From NCBI GenBank assembly GCA_965662345.1, contig CBFIHE010000008.1, positions 28,587 to 92,586 on the forward strand: 64,000 nucleotides of DNA, read 5' to 3'. The notes under the pieces are model-generated. The model had not been told where the DNA came from. It ran no database searches and was given only the letters and a program-made list of their open reading frames with translations. The position numbers and the translations under genes are program-made. Numbering within the stretch: position 1 is the first letter of the stretch; every line of letters starts with the position of its first letter. Shown here in pieces: positions 1 through 9,122 of the stretch. Origin of the DNA: Salibacteraceae bacterium (GTDB taxonomy: Bacteria; Bacteroidota; Bacteroidia; Flavobacteriales_G; Salibacteraceae).

Positions 1-1229
1 ATCTCTTTGATTGCCGCAGGTGGTCTTGCCGCAGACGGGTTTAATTGAGCTGCCTGCTCAAAATGACCTTTTGCTTCTTCGTATCGTTCATCTTTTAAAG
101 CAGCTTCACCCTGTTTCAATGCTAAATCAAAGGCTTTTTCACTTTCTAATAAATCCTCGAGAAGGGTGGTAATCTCATTGATTTTTGTTTTTGGATATGC
201 TTCATCAGGGAAAATGCGCGAAGCTTTTTCATATCCCTCTTTTGCATCTTCATAGGCCTGACCAGAAAACGCTATATCAGCAGCTGCGATAAGTGCATCA
301 TATTCTTTCTGCTTCTCTTCGTTTTCCAAAGCTATTGCCAACGCTTTTTCAGCAGCGTCAATTTGGTCTTTCGGATACTCTTCACTCGGCTTAAGGCTGA
401 GCGCATCTTGATAATACCCTATCGCTTCTTCATATTTCTCAGTATTAAAGCTGTCGTCACCAGAAGATAACAAAGCTGCATATTGCTCTTCAAGGGCCTC
501 AGAAGCACCCAGTTCGCCTTGAACTTTTTGGAGCATCTTGGTAGGGTAAGATTCTCCTGGCTTCAATCGGAGTGCTGCTTGGTATTGAAATAATGCATTT
601 TCAAAGTCCTTCTCTTTGTAAAATGCATCGCCATCTTGAATGGCCAAGTAATAGTCTTCTTCCAACTGTTCCTCTAACAAAAGCTGTTGTTCTGTTGCAG
701 CTTCAAGTTCTGCAAGAAGTGCATCTAACTGTTTACGAATAGACTTAGTGTACTTATCATCATTCGCAAACTGCATGTAAGTAGAGCTATAAGAAACTTT
801 ACCAATGGGCTGTTTAAGAATGGAGGTGTTTAAGCCAAGCGACTCTTCAAAAAGCTCAACCTTCCACTTTCCGTAGTATAGATTTGCTGTTTCTTTTTCA
901 TCTTCAGGTATACCGCGAGTATCTACCTCAATCTTCTTTGAAACATATCCTTCTTTACCAAACACAAGCATGAAAAGGTGATCCAACTCAAGTTCAACTT
1001 CAAATTTTCCATTGGACTTAGTAGTCACTTCGTTCGATTTTTGTCCATCTTTAAAAACAGTTACCTGGGCTGCATTCAGTTTTTGTGAACCAACTGTTAG
1101 CGTACCATCAATGAGTAGCTTTTTTTGAGCCAAAGCAAAGGATGGTGTAAGTACCCACAGAAATACCATGGCAAATACAAGAGGGCTAAAGAGAGAAAGA
1201 AGAATATTGTCTTGACTGTTGTGTTTCAC
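1..1229 (-). CDS. TPR-like repeat envelope protein, N-terminal part; the 3' end lies beyond the window edge
   Basis: Absent from the ORF track because it runs off the window. Reverse-strand translation from GTG 1229 (alternative ATG 1169) stays open to position 1. It reads VKHNSQDNILLSLFSPLVFAMVFLWVLTPSFALAQKKLLIDGTLTVGSQ..., i.e. a signal peptide and a beta-sandwich-like segment, followed by repeated ~40-aa units containing YP.K/YP.D (TPR-like). Confidence 0.6.
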   Translation of the reverse strand, partial: MKHNSQDNILLSLFSPLVFAMVFLWVLTPSFALAQKKLLIDGTLTVGSQKLNAAQVTVFKDGQKSNEVTTKSNGKFEVELELDHLFMLVFGKEGYVSKKIEVDTRGIPEDEKETANLYYGKWKVELFEESLGLNTSILKQPIGKVSYSSTYMQFANDDKYTKSIRKQLDALLAELEAATEQQLLLEEQLEEDYYLAIQDGDAFYKEKDFENALFQYQAALRLKPGESYPTKMLQKVQGELGASEALEEQYAALLSSGDDSFNTEKYEEAIGYYQDALSLKPSEEYPKDQIDAAEKALAIALENEEKQKEYDALIAAADIAFSGQAYEDAKEGYEKASRIFPDEAYPKTKINEITTLLEDLLESEKAFDLALKQGEAALKDERYEEAKGHFEQAAQLNPSAARPPAAIKE

Positions 1230-1255
1230 AAATTACCGGGTTTTTCAATCTAATT

Positions 1256-1263
1256 CAAAAGTA
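1256..1263 (-). promoter_or_regulatory. Candidate Bacteroidota -7 promoter box (TACTTTTG = TAnnTTTG)
   Basis: The reverse strand reads TACTTTTG about 27 nt upstream of the GTG at 1229. This is a motif match only. Confidence 0.3.
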
Positions 1264-1428
1264 AGTAGCCAAAATGGGCTATATCGTGGGGTTTCAAAAC
1301 GTTTTCAACGATTATGCCGGAATAACCCCAAAACTTGTGTTGAATATAACGATTAGCGATGAAGAATATTAGAGCCTGACCAAAAGCCTATAACTCTAGC
1401 AAAACTTTTTACTCGCTACTTTGAAAAT

Positions 1429-2448
1429 CTATTTGTGAAAGAATTCTATGTCATTGGGTATAATACCCGTAGCTATTCTTACTTCTTCTACTCCTCTGCT
1501 ATTCAGTTTGATTACCTCTCCTCTTCTGGTATAGTCTTTCACATTTACCAAGTACAGAGCTGATTCATCTTTCTCAAAATGCAAATTGTACACATTCAAA
1601 CCTTCTTCGCTGTACCAACTAATGGGGTCGGCATTTTGTGTTCTGTAATCTGCTAACCATACACTGCCATTCAAGGAGTAGTATAATTCCATTCGAATCG
1701 CATCTACAACTAAGTGGTTCAAGTCTTGGGGTAATCCAGTTGTTAACGTCTCGTTTGTGATGAGCTTATACTGTCTTCTACTCAATTCTTCGTTTTTCAC
1801 CCAATACAGAGCATCATTATCAAAGAAGACACTTCGAGCTCCCTCCAAAATGGTTTCTTGGAATGCACCCGTGTACCTGTTTAATGAAGTTACCGTACTC
1901 GTGCTATCTGGGGTAGTAACAACCCATATAGAATTGTCTACGACCTTTATTTCATCAGCAAGGCCATTATGCTTTAGTTGCGTGATTTCTTGTCCTTCAC
2001 AGGTTTTAACGTATATATGATTCGCATACAAATCAGTTATGTAGCAGGTGTCGCCAATACAATCTATATATCTGGGCGACTGCATGTTTTCAATGGTGTA
2101 CAACCTTTGGAAAGACGGCAGATCAACAACTTCTATTTTCCCTGAATTATTCACAACTAACCATCCTGTATCGTTTCTAACGAACATAGATTGAGCTACA
2201 TCGCCTAGTGGTATTTCATTAACAACTTTGAAAAGCTCTTGGTAAGCTTCGCCATTGACCAAATTCACACCAGTTACCGATGCATTTCCCCAAGTGTAGT
2301 TGCCCTCATTGAGGATATACATCCATTCTGTTGCTAATGAATCAGGTAAGGTATTGGGGCTCTTACTTCTTGGGCCATAATTCTCCTCATCTGGTGTGCA
2401 AGCAAATGCCATTAAGCTCACGTAAAGAACAAGCAAAAATCTACTCAT
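1429..2448 (-). CDS. Surface lipoprotein, probable beta-propeller (DUF5074/YncE-like); last gene of the B12 operon
   Basis: 339 aa with a lipobox (LMAFAC) and beta-rich repeats. It carries an NEGNYTWGNASVT motif that I associate with DUF5074-type propeller lipoproteins found beside TonB receptors. There is a 4-nt ATGA overlap with the receptor gene. Confidence 0.6.
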   Translation of the reverse strand: MSRFLLVLYVSLMAFACTPDEENYGPRSKSPNTLPDSLATEWMYILNEGNYTWGNASVTGVNLVNGEAYQELFKVVNEIPLGDVAQSMFVRNDTGWLVVNNSGKIEVVDLPSFQRLYTIENMQSPRYIDCIGDTCYITDLYANHIYVKTCEGQEITQLKHNGLADEIKVVDNSIWVVTTPDSTSTVTSLNRYTGAFQETILEGARSVFFDNDALYWVKNEELSRRQYKLITNETLTTGLPQDLNHLVVDAIRMELYYSLNGSVWLADYRTQNADPISWYSEEGLNVYNLHFEKDESALYLVNVKDYTRRGEVIKLNSRGVEEVRIATGIIPNDIEFFHK

Positions 2449-4307
2449 ATTTTTATGTTAAGCGTAAACCTGTAGTTTCTTCTTGGCATTGGCCTACCTG
2501 CCATAACCATATAGCTCTTATTGAAAAGGTTACATGCTTCTAAAGATACTGATAAATTGAGGCTCTTAGAAACATTGATATTGTTGTAAACATATTTTAT
2601 GTCTACTAAATCGTAAGCTGGGAGGTAGGTTGAGTTCTCTCTGTCTACAAATCGATCACCTGTATACGAATACAGTACCGTTACCATTTGATTTTTGTGC
2701 GTAACCCCGGTCTGTACTCTAAACTCAGCATCTGGAATGTAGATATTTGATTGCCCTTTACCGTTATTCGTACTTAAGAAGGTGCCTGAAACATTCAGGT
2801 GTATATTGGTTTTACCAAAATCACGATGAAGTGACACATTTGCTTCCACTCCTATTCGATCAGAATAGTCTTGATTAACTGGCGCTGTAAAACCTTGGTC
2901 TGTTGGAATCCAAACCAATAAATCTGTTGTTTTGGCCTTGAAACCTGTAAGTGTAAAAGAAGTCTTGATTTCTTTTAGATGCTGTTTCCAATTGATGCTA
3001 ACCTCAAATGCTTCATCTCGCTCTGCCTTTAAATTGGGGTTACCCCCAGGCTGCCAATAGAGGTCGTTCAGTGTTGGTGCTCTTACGTTCCTTGACCAAG
3101 TTCCAAACCAAGATAATTTTCCTTTTAGTAATTCTCCTTTTAGCCCTACAGTTGGAAGTATACCAAGTACTGAATCATTCAAAAGCTCTGGTTGAATACT
3201 TGTGAATAAAGACAAGAACGATGTTAATTTTCTCTCATATCCTAACTCAGCTCTTGCTTGAACTCTAGATTCATTAAATATCTCACTTAAAGCCCAATCT
3301 GTGGATAACAAGACATTAGCATGAATCACATCCTTAGCCCCAAGGTTTCTTTTTCCATAGACTTTGGCTTGCACTCCATGATTTAAATAATCTGTATGAA
3401 TAGCTGCGTTGGGATCTTGATAAGTAAGAAAACCATACTTGTAGCCTATTGATGCTTCAAGTTTTCTAGATCCTTGAGACTTGATGTAAGAAACTGCTAA
3501 TACACCAAGGTTGTCTGATTGTTCTTGCAAAGAGGACTGCACACCAATGCTAGGAGGTATTTGTCGTTTTGTTTGCGTCCATAAGCCATTAAACTTAAGC
3601 TGCTGGGTATCCTTTATCTTGATTATAGCGTGCTGTTCAACAGATAGCCTGTTGAATGCTGAGTTCGACATCTCTACTTCTGGGCTTTCTAGTTGTGTAT
3701 AGTCTGAAAAACTGTAATTATTTTCACTGTAAGCTCCAGAGATTGCGGTTGATAATAACCACTTGTTACCCAATTGATAATTAACTCTTGTTCCAGCACT
3801 GTAAGTATTGAAGGATGCTGCTCCTAGAGTGATTTCTGCACTAGGAGCCTCTTCAATTTCTGAAGTTAAATTAACACTACCACCAATACCTCCAAAGCCA
3901 TCTCGCCTATTTGCATTTCCGTATCTAATCTCAGCAGTTGTAGACCCTGCTATGGGAATCATCGAAAGGTCTGCTTGCCCAAGGGTTGGAGAGTTGATGT
4001 TTACCCCATTCCACAGTATAGAAGTTTGAGAAGCAGAGGTTCCTCGTAATGAAATGGAAGTTAATTGCCCAGGACCATAATCTCGTAAATGAATAGGGTT
4101 CACTTCTAATGCATCAGACAAAGACGCATTAAACAGATTCAAGCTTCTTAGTTGAATAGAATCTGTTTTGTAAACGGGCGGCAAAGGATCTGGAGTAGCA
4201 ATAATGTCTACTACCCGCAGTGAATCTGCCAGAAGAGTATCTACTTGTTGACCAAGCCCATTGGTTAGGGTACTAAACAACAGAAGAAATACTATCGCTT
4301 TATGCAT
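2445..4307 (-). CDS. btuB: TonB-dependent outer-membrane receptor, BtuB-like (cobalamin/corrinoid)
   Basis: 620 aa with a signal peptide, a TonB-box-like LRVVDIIAT, the plug motif SISLRGTSASQTSILWNGVNINSP and a long barrel region. It lies in an operon led by a cobalamin riboswitch. Confidence 0.8.
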   Translation of the reverse strand: MHKAIVFLLLFSTLTNGLGQQVDTLLADSLRVVDIIATPDPLPPVYKTDSIQLRSLNLFNASLSDALEVNPIHLRDYGPGQLTSISLRGTSASQTSILWNGVNINSPTLGQADLSMIPIAGSTTAEIRYGNANRRDGFGGIGGSVNLTSEIEEAPSAEITLGAASFNTYSAGTRVNYQLGNKWLLSTAISGAYSENNYSFSDYTQLESPEVEMSNSAFNRLSVEQHAIIKIKDTQQLKFNGLWTQTKRQIPPSIGVQSSLQEQSDNLGVLAVSYIKSQGSRKLEASIGYKYGFLTYQDPNAAIHTDYLNHGVQAKVYGKRNLGAKDVIHANVLLSTDWALSEIFNESRVQARAELGYERKLTSFLSLFTSIQPELLNDSVLGILPTVGLKGELLKGKLSWFGTWSRNVRAPTLNDLYWQPGGNPNLKAERDEAFEVSINWKQHLKEIKTSFTLTGFKAKTTDLLVWIPTDQGFTAPVNQDYSDRIGVEANVSLHRDFGKTNIHLNVSGTFLSTNNGKGQSNIYIPDAEFRVQTGVTHKNQMVTVLYSYTGDRFVDRENSTYLPAYDLVDIKYVYNNINVSKSLNLSVSLEACNLFNKSYMVMAGRPMPRRNYRFTLNIKI

Positions 4308-5272
4308 TTGTAAACCTGTTGGCCATGCCCCCCATTAACCCTGAGGAAATAAATGCCTCTGCTTAAATGAGAAACATTTTTGGTTGAATTCCCTTTTGAT
4401 ATTTGCCCAGTACCTACCTCTTTGCCCAGAGCATCATGCAGGGTATATTCTAACTCTGAAGTGGTATAAATGGAAAAAGACTCATCCCAAATTGTTTGAA
4501 TGCGTGACGTATTTGAAGTTCGTACATCACTAGACTCAAGCGCTTCATTTAACGCACATACCGCATCTAAATCAAAGCCACATGACGAGAATGCTGTTGG
4601 CCATGGATCATTAATCATGTTGCCTGCGGTATCGGCTGTGCCAAAAGTACTGTCTATACTGCCTACTACATCTGTAATCCGCACATGGGTCACATTAAAA
4701 ATATCTAATTCTGGATAGCCTGCAAGCTCTGCTAAGTCAAAAGGAGTGCCATACCCCGTTTCATACTTCCCTGCCAAACCATTGACTTGGGTAGGATCAA
4801 CAGTACCAAAGCTTCCTACTTGCTCATTTGAAGGAGTTAATGAGTGAGCTGGAAACATCACGAAATCCATACCATTGCTGCTCACTTCTACAATAGCAAG
4901 TTCTAGAAAATAGCCAGAATCTATGGGAGAGTAAAAGCCATTTTCAAAGACGGCAAAATCGTATCCCGGTAAATCTTGTAAAGGCTGATTAAATGATAAA
5001 GTAGCCACTCCCCCATCTCCTAAGCTTATACAAGCCCCATCGGCTTTGCCCAAAGCAAAAGAGCTTTCACCAGCATCTGCCAAAGGAGCTCCTGGTTGAC
5101 TTAGATTGATGGGGGCTCTTGTAACTTCTACTTCAGAAGCCCATGCCACACAAGCATTTGAATTGGCACTTACTGCATTAGACCCAGTTTGGCCTACTGC
5201 TGGTGAATAAGGTCCAGTTTGCGCAAAAATAAAGCTAGGTAACCCAATAAAAACAAATAATAAACGAATCAT
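4292..5272 (-). CDS. Secreted protein with a T9SS C-terminal sorting domain; function unknown
   Basis: 326 aa with a signal peptide (FIFAQ/TG). The C-terminal ~80 aa follow the T9SS type-A CTD pattern (LGKEVGTGQIS...LSRGIYFLRVNGG...YKCIKR). It overlaps the receptor gene by 16 nt. Confidence 0.6.
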   Translation of the reverse strand: MIRLLFVFIGLPSFIFAQTGPYSPAVGQTGSNAVSANSNACVAWASEVEVTRAPINLSQPGAPLADAGESSFALGKADGACISLGDGGVATLSFNQPLQDLPGYDFAVFENGFYSPIDSGYFLELAIVEVSSNGMDFVMFPAHSLTPSNEQVGSFGTVDPTQVNGLAGKYETGYGTPFDLAELAGYPELDIFNVTHVRITDVVGSIDSTFGTADTAGNMINDPWPTAFSSCGFDLDAVCALNEALESSDVRTSNTSRIQTIWDESFSIYTTSELEYTLHDALGKEVGTGQISKGNSTKNVSHLSRGIYFLRVNGGHGQQVYKCIKR

Positions 5273-6828
5273 TGCTTTATTAATTTATTCATTTGTATTT
5301 CACCATTTATAATCGCGTTTACATAATATACACCCATTGGCAAATCGCCTATGAATAGTCTTTTGCTGCTTCCCAAGGTTTTGATGAGAGAACCAGTAGA
5401 ATTGTAGATTTTAATTTCTTGGGGTATGTCTGAAAACCAAGCTTCATCTTGTGCTGGATTCGGATAAATTGTGAATTCTGATCTCTCGCTAGTGTTTAGC
5501 CCCATTGAACTATAGACATGCATGGTGGTAGTATCACATTTGTTGTATCTATCGCAAATCTCTAGAACAACTGTATCTACAACTCCTAGCGCAACAGGGA
5601 TTTCATAGGAAATAAAACCTGATTGGTATGAATAAGAAATTGAAGCATCAACAGAGAGTTGTTCAATTACGCTTATTGTAATGGTATCTAGCCAATCACG
5701 CTCGTAAGCATCTAGCAATAAAGAATCTGGGTTATTTGTAAGGTACAAATCAAGTGTTGGCTGAACAACGGGCTTTCTATTGTATGCTAAATCGATCGCA
5801 CTGCCAGATATTGGTGTTTCTAAACTATCTGAAAGTACGCCTGATTGATTAACGCCCATAACCCATCCCTCTGAAAAATAGTTTGTTGACTGCGCATAAT
5901 AGTTGGTTCCGTTCGTATCTAAAACCAAATCACTTGGCGTAATTGAAGCTAAAGGGCTAACCATTGAATTCATAGGGTCTATAAAGCCTAGTCCGCCATT
6001 AAAAATACCTAAAACTCCTTGTGTGCTAGATTGATAAAGGTCCATGCCCGAAACTACTGAGGTGTCTGTAATAAAAGTATTGTTCACTAGATTCAACTGA
6101 GTAAATCCGTTGTATGCAGGAACCCAATTCACATAACGTTGATTAACTGCAAATAACGTGTTTGCCGACACAACAATATCACCAATTCCAGCAGCTAGTG
6201 TATCTAATTGAACGTCACGTTCATGCCAAAGTCCCAAAATACTTGAACCATTAGAACCAATGGTATAAATTCCAATATGACCCGTATCATTGAGCGTGTA
6301 GGACACGTACGCTGTATCTGGAGTAAAGGCACCTCCTTTTTTTCTATAAAGCCCTGATGTTGATGCAGGTAGATCAGTGTCAGCATACGTTGTATTGCTT
6401 AAATCCAGTAACTCCTTCGCAACAAGGAATTGAGATGTTGCCCCAAAGCCCCGATTGTAGACCAAATAATAGTCTGCAAAGATTTCTATATTCTGTAACC
6501 CTGCTACATCTGATTGAGTACTATCTATTACTTCACCAGACAATAGGTCTACTCGATAAATAGCATCTGTGCCAGCAGGATGGCCAGAAGCTCTACCTAC
6601 ATGCACAAATGCTTGTGTACTCAAGACGGCTACATCATTTGAAAAATCACCTAAGAAAGAAGCAATGGTATCTAATTGACCAGATTCTGGTATAGAAGAT
6701 AATAAGTGAACTAGATTTCCGGGCTGACCATAGGACCCACCCGTTGAAAAAACTACACGTTCTGTAAAACTCTGTGCAAGGAGCTGTGTAGATGCCAACA
6801 AGAATGCACTTAACACTAATTTTTTCAT
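5269..6828 (-). CDS. Secreted beta-rich (propeller-like) protein with a canonical T9SS C-terminal sorting domain
   Basis: 519 aa with a signal peptide (LLAQ/S). The C-terminus reads FTIYPNPAQDEAWF...IKIYNSTGSLIK...GVYYVNAIINGEIQMNKLIKQ. It is the first gene downstream of the riboswitch and has a 4-nt ATGA overlap with the next gene. Confidence 0.65.
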   Translation of the reverse strand: MKKLVLSAFLLASTQLLAQSFTERVVFSTGGSYGQPGNLVHLLSSIPESGQLDTIASFLGDFSNDVAVLSTQAFVHVGRASGHPAGTDAIYRVDLLSGEVIDSTQSDVAGLQNIEIFADYYLVYNRGFGATSQFLVAKELLDLSNTTYADTDLPASTSGLYRKKGGAFTPDTAYVSYTLNDTGHIGIYTIGSNGSSILGLWHERDVQLDTLAAGIGDIVVSANTLFAVNQRYVNWVPAYNGFTQLNLVNNTFITDTSVVSGMDLYQSSTQGVLGIFNGGLGFIDPMNSMVSPLASITPSDLVLDTNGTNYYAQSTNYFSEGWVMGVNQSGVLSDSLETPISGSAIDLAYNRKPVVQPTLDLYLTNNPDSLLLDAYERDWLDTITISVIEQLSVDASISYSYQSGFISYEIPVALGVVDTVVLEICDRYNKCDTTTMHVYSSMGLNTSERSEFTIYPNPAQDEAWFSDIPQEIKIYNSTGSLIKTLGSSKRLFIGDLPMGVYYVNAIINGEIQMNKLIKQ

Positions 6829-6862
6829 CCTAAAAGATTTAAATATTTAAAATCCTTTAGGG
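6829..6862 (-). promoter_or_regulatory. Hairpin abutting the start codon of the first riboswitch-controlled gene (possible expression platform)
   Basis: The reverse strand reads CCTAAAGGATTT-TAAATATT-AAATCTTTTAGG followed directly by ATG. The stem is 12 bp with one G-U pair. Confidence 0.4.
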
Positions 6863-6939
6863 ATAATACATTCAGGAACAGTGAAGGAATTGAGATTCGG
6901 GTCAACCATAATCACCGTATCCAAACTTTTATCCCGAAA

Positions 6940-7115
6940 GTTGAATATCAATGAAATTGGCAGGTCTTCTGACTTACTCAGAGGTTTGAGCGCCTTCCCG
7001 TTCTTAATGAACAGTGGCATAATGCTTGGCCTATTAGAGCTTACAGCTGCGGGAACAGTTTAGGACTTTCACCCAATTCCCTTTTAATCCGATTGCAAGC
7101 AACCGAAACCAAAAT
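6940..7115 (-). promoter_or_regulatory. Cobalamin (B12) riboswitch
   Basis: The reverse strand reads ATTAAAAGGGAATTGGGTGAAAGTCCTAAACTGTTCCCGCAGCTGTAAGC...ATGCCACTGTTCATTAAGAACGGGAAGGCG...GTAAGTCAGAAGACCTGCC. All conserved core blocks and the B12 box (AGTCAGAAGACCTGCC) are present. Boundaries are approximate. Confidence 0.9.
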
Positions 7116-7147
7116 CTGTACGAAGGTAGCCCTTTCTACAAGAAGAC

Positions 7148-7807
7148 CTAGTAGGCTCTTCCTATTCTTGAAATGAACTGGCCGTTGTTAAGTAGTATTG
7201 AATTTCCATTGGTATCATAGAGAACACACTCCATTTCACCCGCCATGGTGTAGGCAGAAAATCCATCTGGATTTTCTAATAATTCCCTTATGATAAACTT
7301 ACTCGTTTGTGGTTGGGCAGTAAAGTTTCCTGGAGGATATTGTGTGCTCCATACCATGCCCGTATCGTCTGCAAAAGTGACCACAACGCCCTGTAGCGTA
7401 TCGATATTACTGCCATATTCATAGGAGCCAAGTCTAATGATGGAATCTTTATCAATATCCATTTCAAAAAATGGAGCGCACCCCAAAAGCTCAATAGATA
7501 TAGAGTTTAAAGCACCAGTGTCTAATTCTCCAAAGGCGCCCCAATAGGTAGACTGTCCTTTTAAACGGTCTAATGAAGTGTCTGAGCAAACGGTATACCA
7601 AGCACTATCAATGCCGTTACCTGAACTTCCATCGTTCATCCAAGCTTTTGTAGCTCCGTCTATTTGTGCTGAGAGGAAAAGTTCATCTCCCCAAACTGGT
7701 ATCGGGTCAGGCGTTGGTGTTTCTTCAAACACTGTAGGATCTACTTCTTCTCTACAACCAATAATTGCAAGTACTGAAAATGCTGCTATGAGTATAAATC
7801 GAATCAT
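7148..7807 (-). CDS. Lipoprotein, unknown family (paralog 1 of 3)
   Basis: 219 aa with a lipobox (AIIGC). It shares landmarks with its two neighbours: SAQIDGATKAW, GVVVTFADDTGMVWSTQ and CVLYDTNGNSILLNNGQF. There is a 4-nt overlap with the upstream paralog. Confidence 0.6.
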   Translation of the reverse strand: MIRFILIAAFSVLAIIGCREEVDPTVFEETPTPDPIPVWGDELFLSAQIDGATKAWMNDGSSGNGIDSAWYTVCSDTSLDRLKGQSTYWGAFGELDTGALNSISIELLGCAPFFEMDIDKDSIIRLGSYEYGSNIDTLQGVVVTFADDTGMVWSTQYPPGNFTAQPQTSKFIIRELLENPDGFSAYTMAGEMECVLYDTNGNSILLNNGQFISRIGRAY

Positions 7808-8460
7808 TTCTTACCGTAGTAGAGTTTAAACTTCACTTGCCTTGCTTCTAGTTGTCTGCCGTCTCTATCGTACAAATAACCATTGAACTCGCCAAAGGCT
7901 AAGTATTTGCTGACTCCATTGTAGTTGTTGTCTATCACTTCACTTAAAGCAAACCGACTAAACGTACCAGAGTTATTCCCTCTAGAAGAACTCCAAAGTG
8001 TACTATCTGAATCAATGTAAAAAAGCTGAACGCCATTTGCATCTGCTGGAGAGCTGTAAAAATCTAGTAGTGCAGGCGTGAACAGCGAATCTAAATAGGT
8101 CTGCTCTGTAGTATCAAGCGGAATAGTACGAATGATTTCAATGCGCCAGCTTTCTCTATCGTTGTAGTTTCGGCCTAACATCATTGTTTCAGTTTGAATG
8201 TAAGACCAGGTTGAATCATTGATGGGATTCCATCCGTTTTGAGAATTTCTCACCCTACTTACATAATCATCCTTATTATGTTCATAGGTAAAATATTCTC
8301 CGTCAATCCTTCCAGTCATTAAAAGATCTACTGGAATAATCAAACCAGTTGTATCTGTAAGGTTTGGATTGGGCAAGCGCTCCAAGTCATCATCTCCTGC
8401 GCAAGAAGACAAGCCAAACAGCCATAAGGCAGCAATAAAAAGCGATAACGTTCGCATCAT
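7804..8460 (-). CDS. Lipoprotein, unknown family (paralog 2 of 3)
   Basis: 218 aa with a lipobox (GLSSC). Shared landmarks are TGRIDGEYFTY, GVQLFYIDSDSTLWSSS and GYLYDRDGRQLEARQVKF. Confidence 0.6.
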   Translation of the reverse strand: MMRTLSLFIAALWLFGLSSCAGDDDLERLPNPNLTDTTGLIIPVDLLMTGRIDGEYFTYEHNKDDYVSRVRNSQNGWNPINDSTWSYIQTETMMLGRNYNDRESWRIEIIRTIPLDTTEQTYLDSLFTPALLDFYSSPADANGVQLFYIDSDSTLWSSSRGNNSGTFSRFALSEVIDNNYNGVSKYLAFGEFNGYLYDRDGRQLEARQVKFKLYYGKK

Positions 8461-9122
8461 TACTTGATCCCGAATTTCATTCTGAATTGTCCAGACTCAA
8501 CCCTAACTCCTACTGTGCTATTGTATAACACTAAATCCATTTGACCAAGGAGCTCTAGTGTAGCTGTATTGGCTGTGGAACTTACGGTATCTACAGAAAG
8601 AATATTGAACTGGAAGTTTTGATTAGAGCCCGTTCCTCTTCTAGAAGTGTACACAGTACCGTTTGGAGCAGTCCATTTTACTACAACCCCCTCAGTTAGT
8701 TTGTTCAAGCTCTCATCACCGTATGGGTAAGTCATCGGTTGAAAAACGGCCAATCTCTCAGCTAGGCTAGCAGTGCTAGACTGACACTGTAAGAATTTAA
8801 TCTCCAAAGAAGGACCGCTTCCCGTGGTGTCTCGCAGAACAGAACTTTGACTGAACATAGCATTGCTTGTATCACAATCCCATCCTGTAGCGCTATCCAT
8901 GGCGTTCACGTAGTCAGAAATACTATCTTGAAGCGTATACACAAAGGAGTCAACTTTTCCAGTAAAATAATACCTACTTACAATAGGAACAGAATCACCC
9001 ACACCCCAATTAGGATCGAACGGTGGTGTTGGGGGAACATCTTCGTTCAACACGTCTTTTTCACAGCTTGCAAATGCAAGAACCGCTAACAGCGGTAATA
9101 ACCAAAAGTGTTTTCTTTTCAT
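8460..9122 (-). CDS. Lipoprotein, unknown family (paralog 3 of 3)
   Basis: The track ORF is 8460..9143. The more likely start is MKRKHFWLLPLLAVLAFASC at 9122. Shared landmarks are TGKVDSFVYTL, GVVVKWTAPNGTVYTSR and LVLYNSTVGVRVESGQF. Confidence 0.6.
   Translation of the reverse strand: MKRKHFWLLPLLAVLAFASCEKDVLNEDVPPTPPFDPNWGVGDSVPIVSRYYFTGKVDSFVYTLQDSISDYVNAMDSATGWDCDTSNAMFSQSSVLRDTTGSGPSLEIKFLQCQSSTASLAERLAVFQPMTYPYGDESLNKLTEGVVVKWTAPNGTVYTSRRGTGSNQNFQFNILSVDTVSSTANTATLELLGQMDLVLYNSTVGVRVESGQFRMKFGIK

Noticed and set aside
6881-7063. 60-aa plus-strand ORF from the track
   Set aside because: It lies entirely on the opposite strand of a clear cobalamin riboswitch and has no recognisable features, so it is treated as an artefact.
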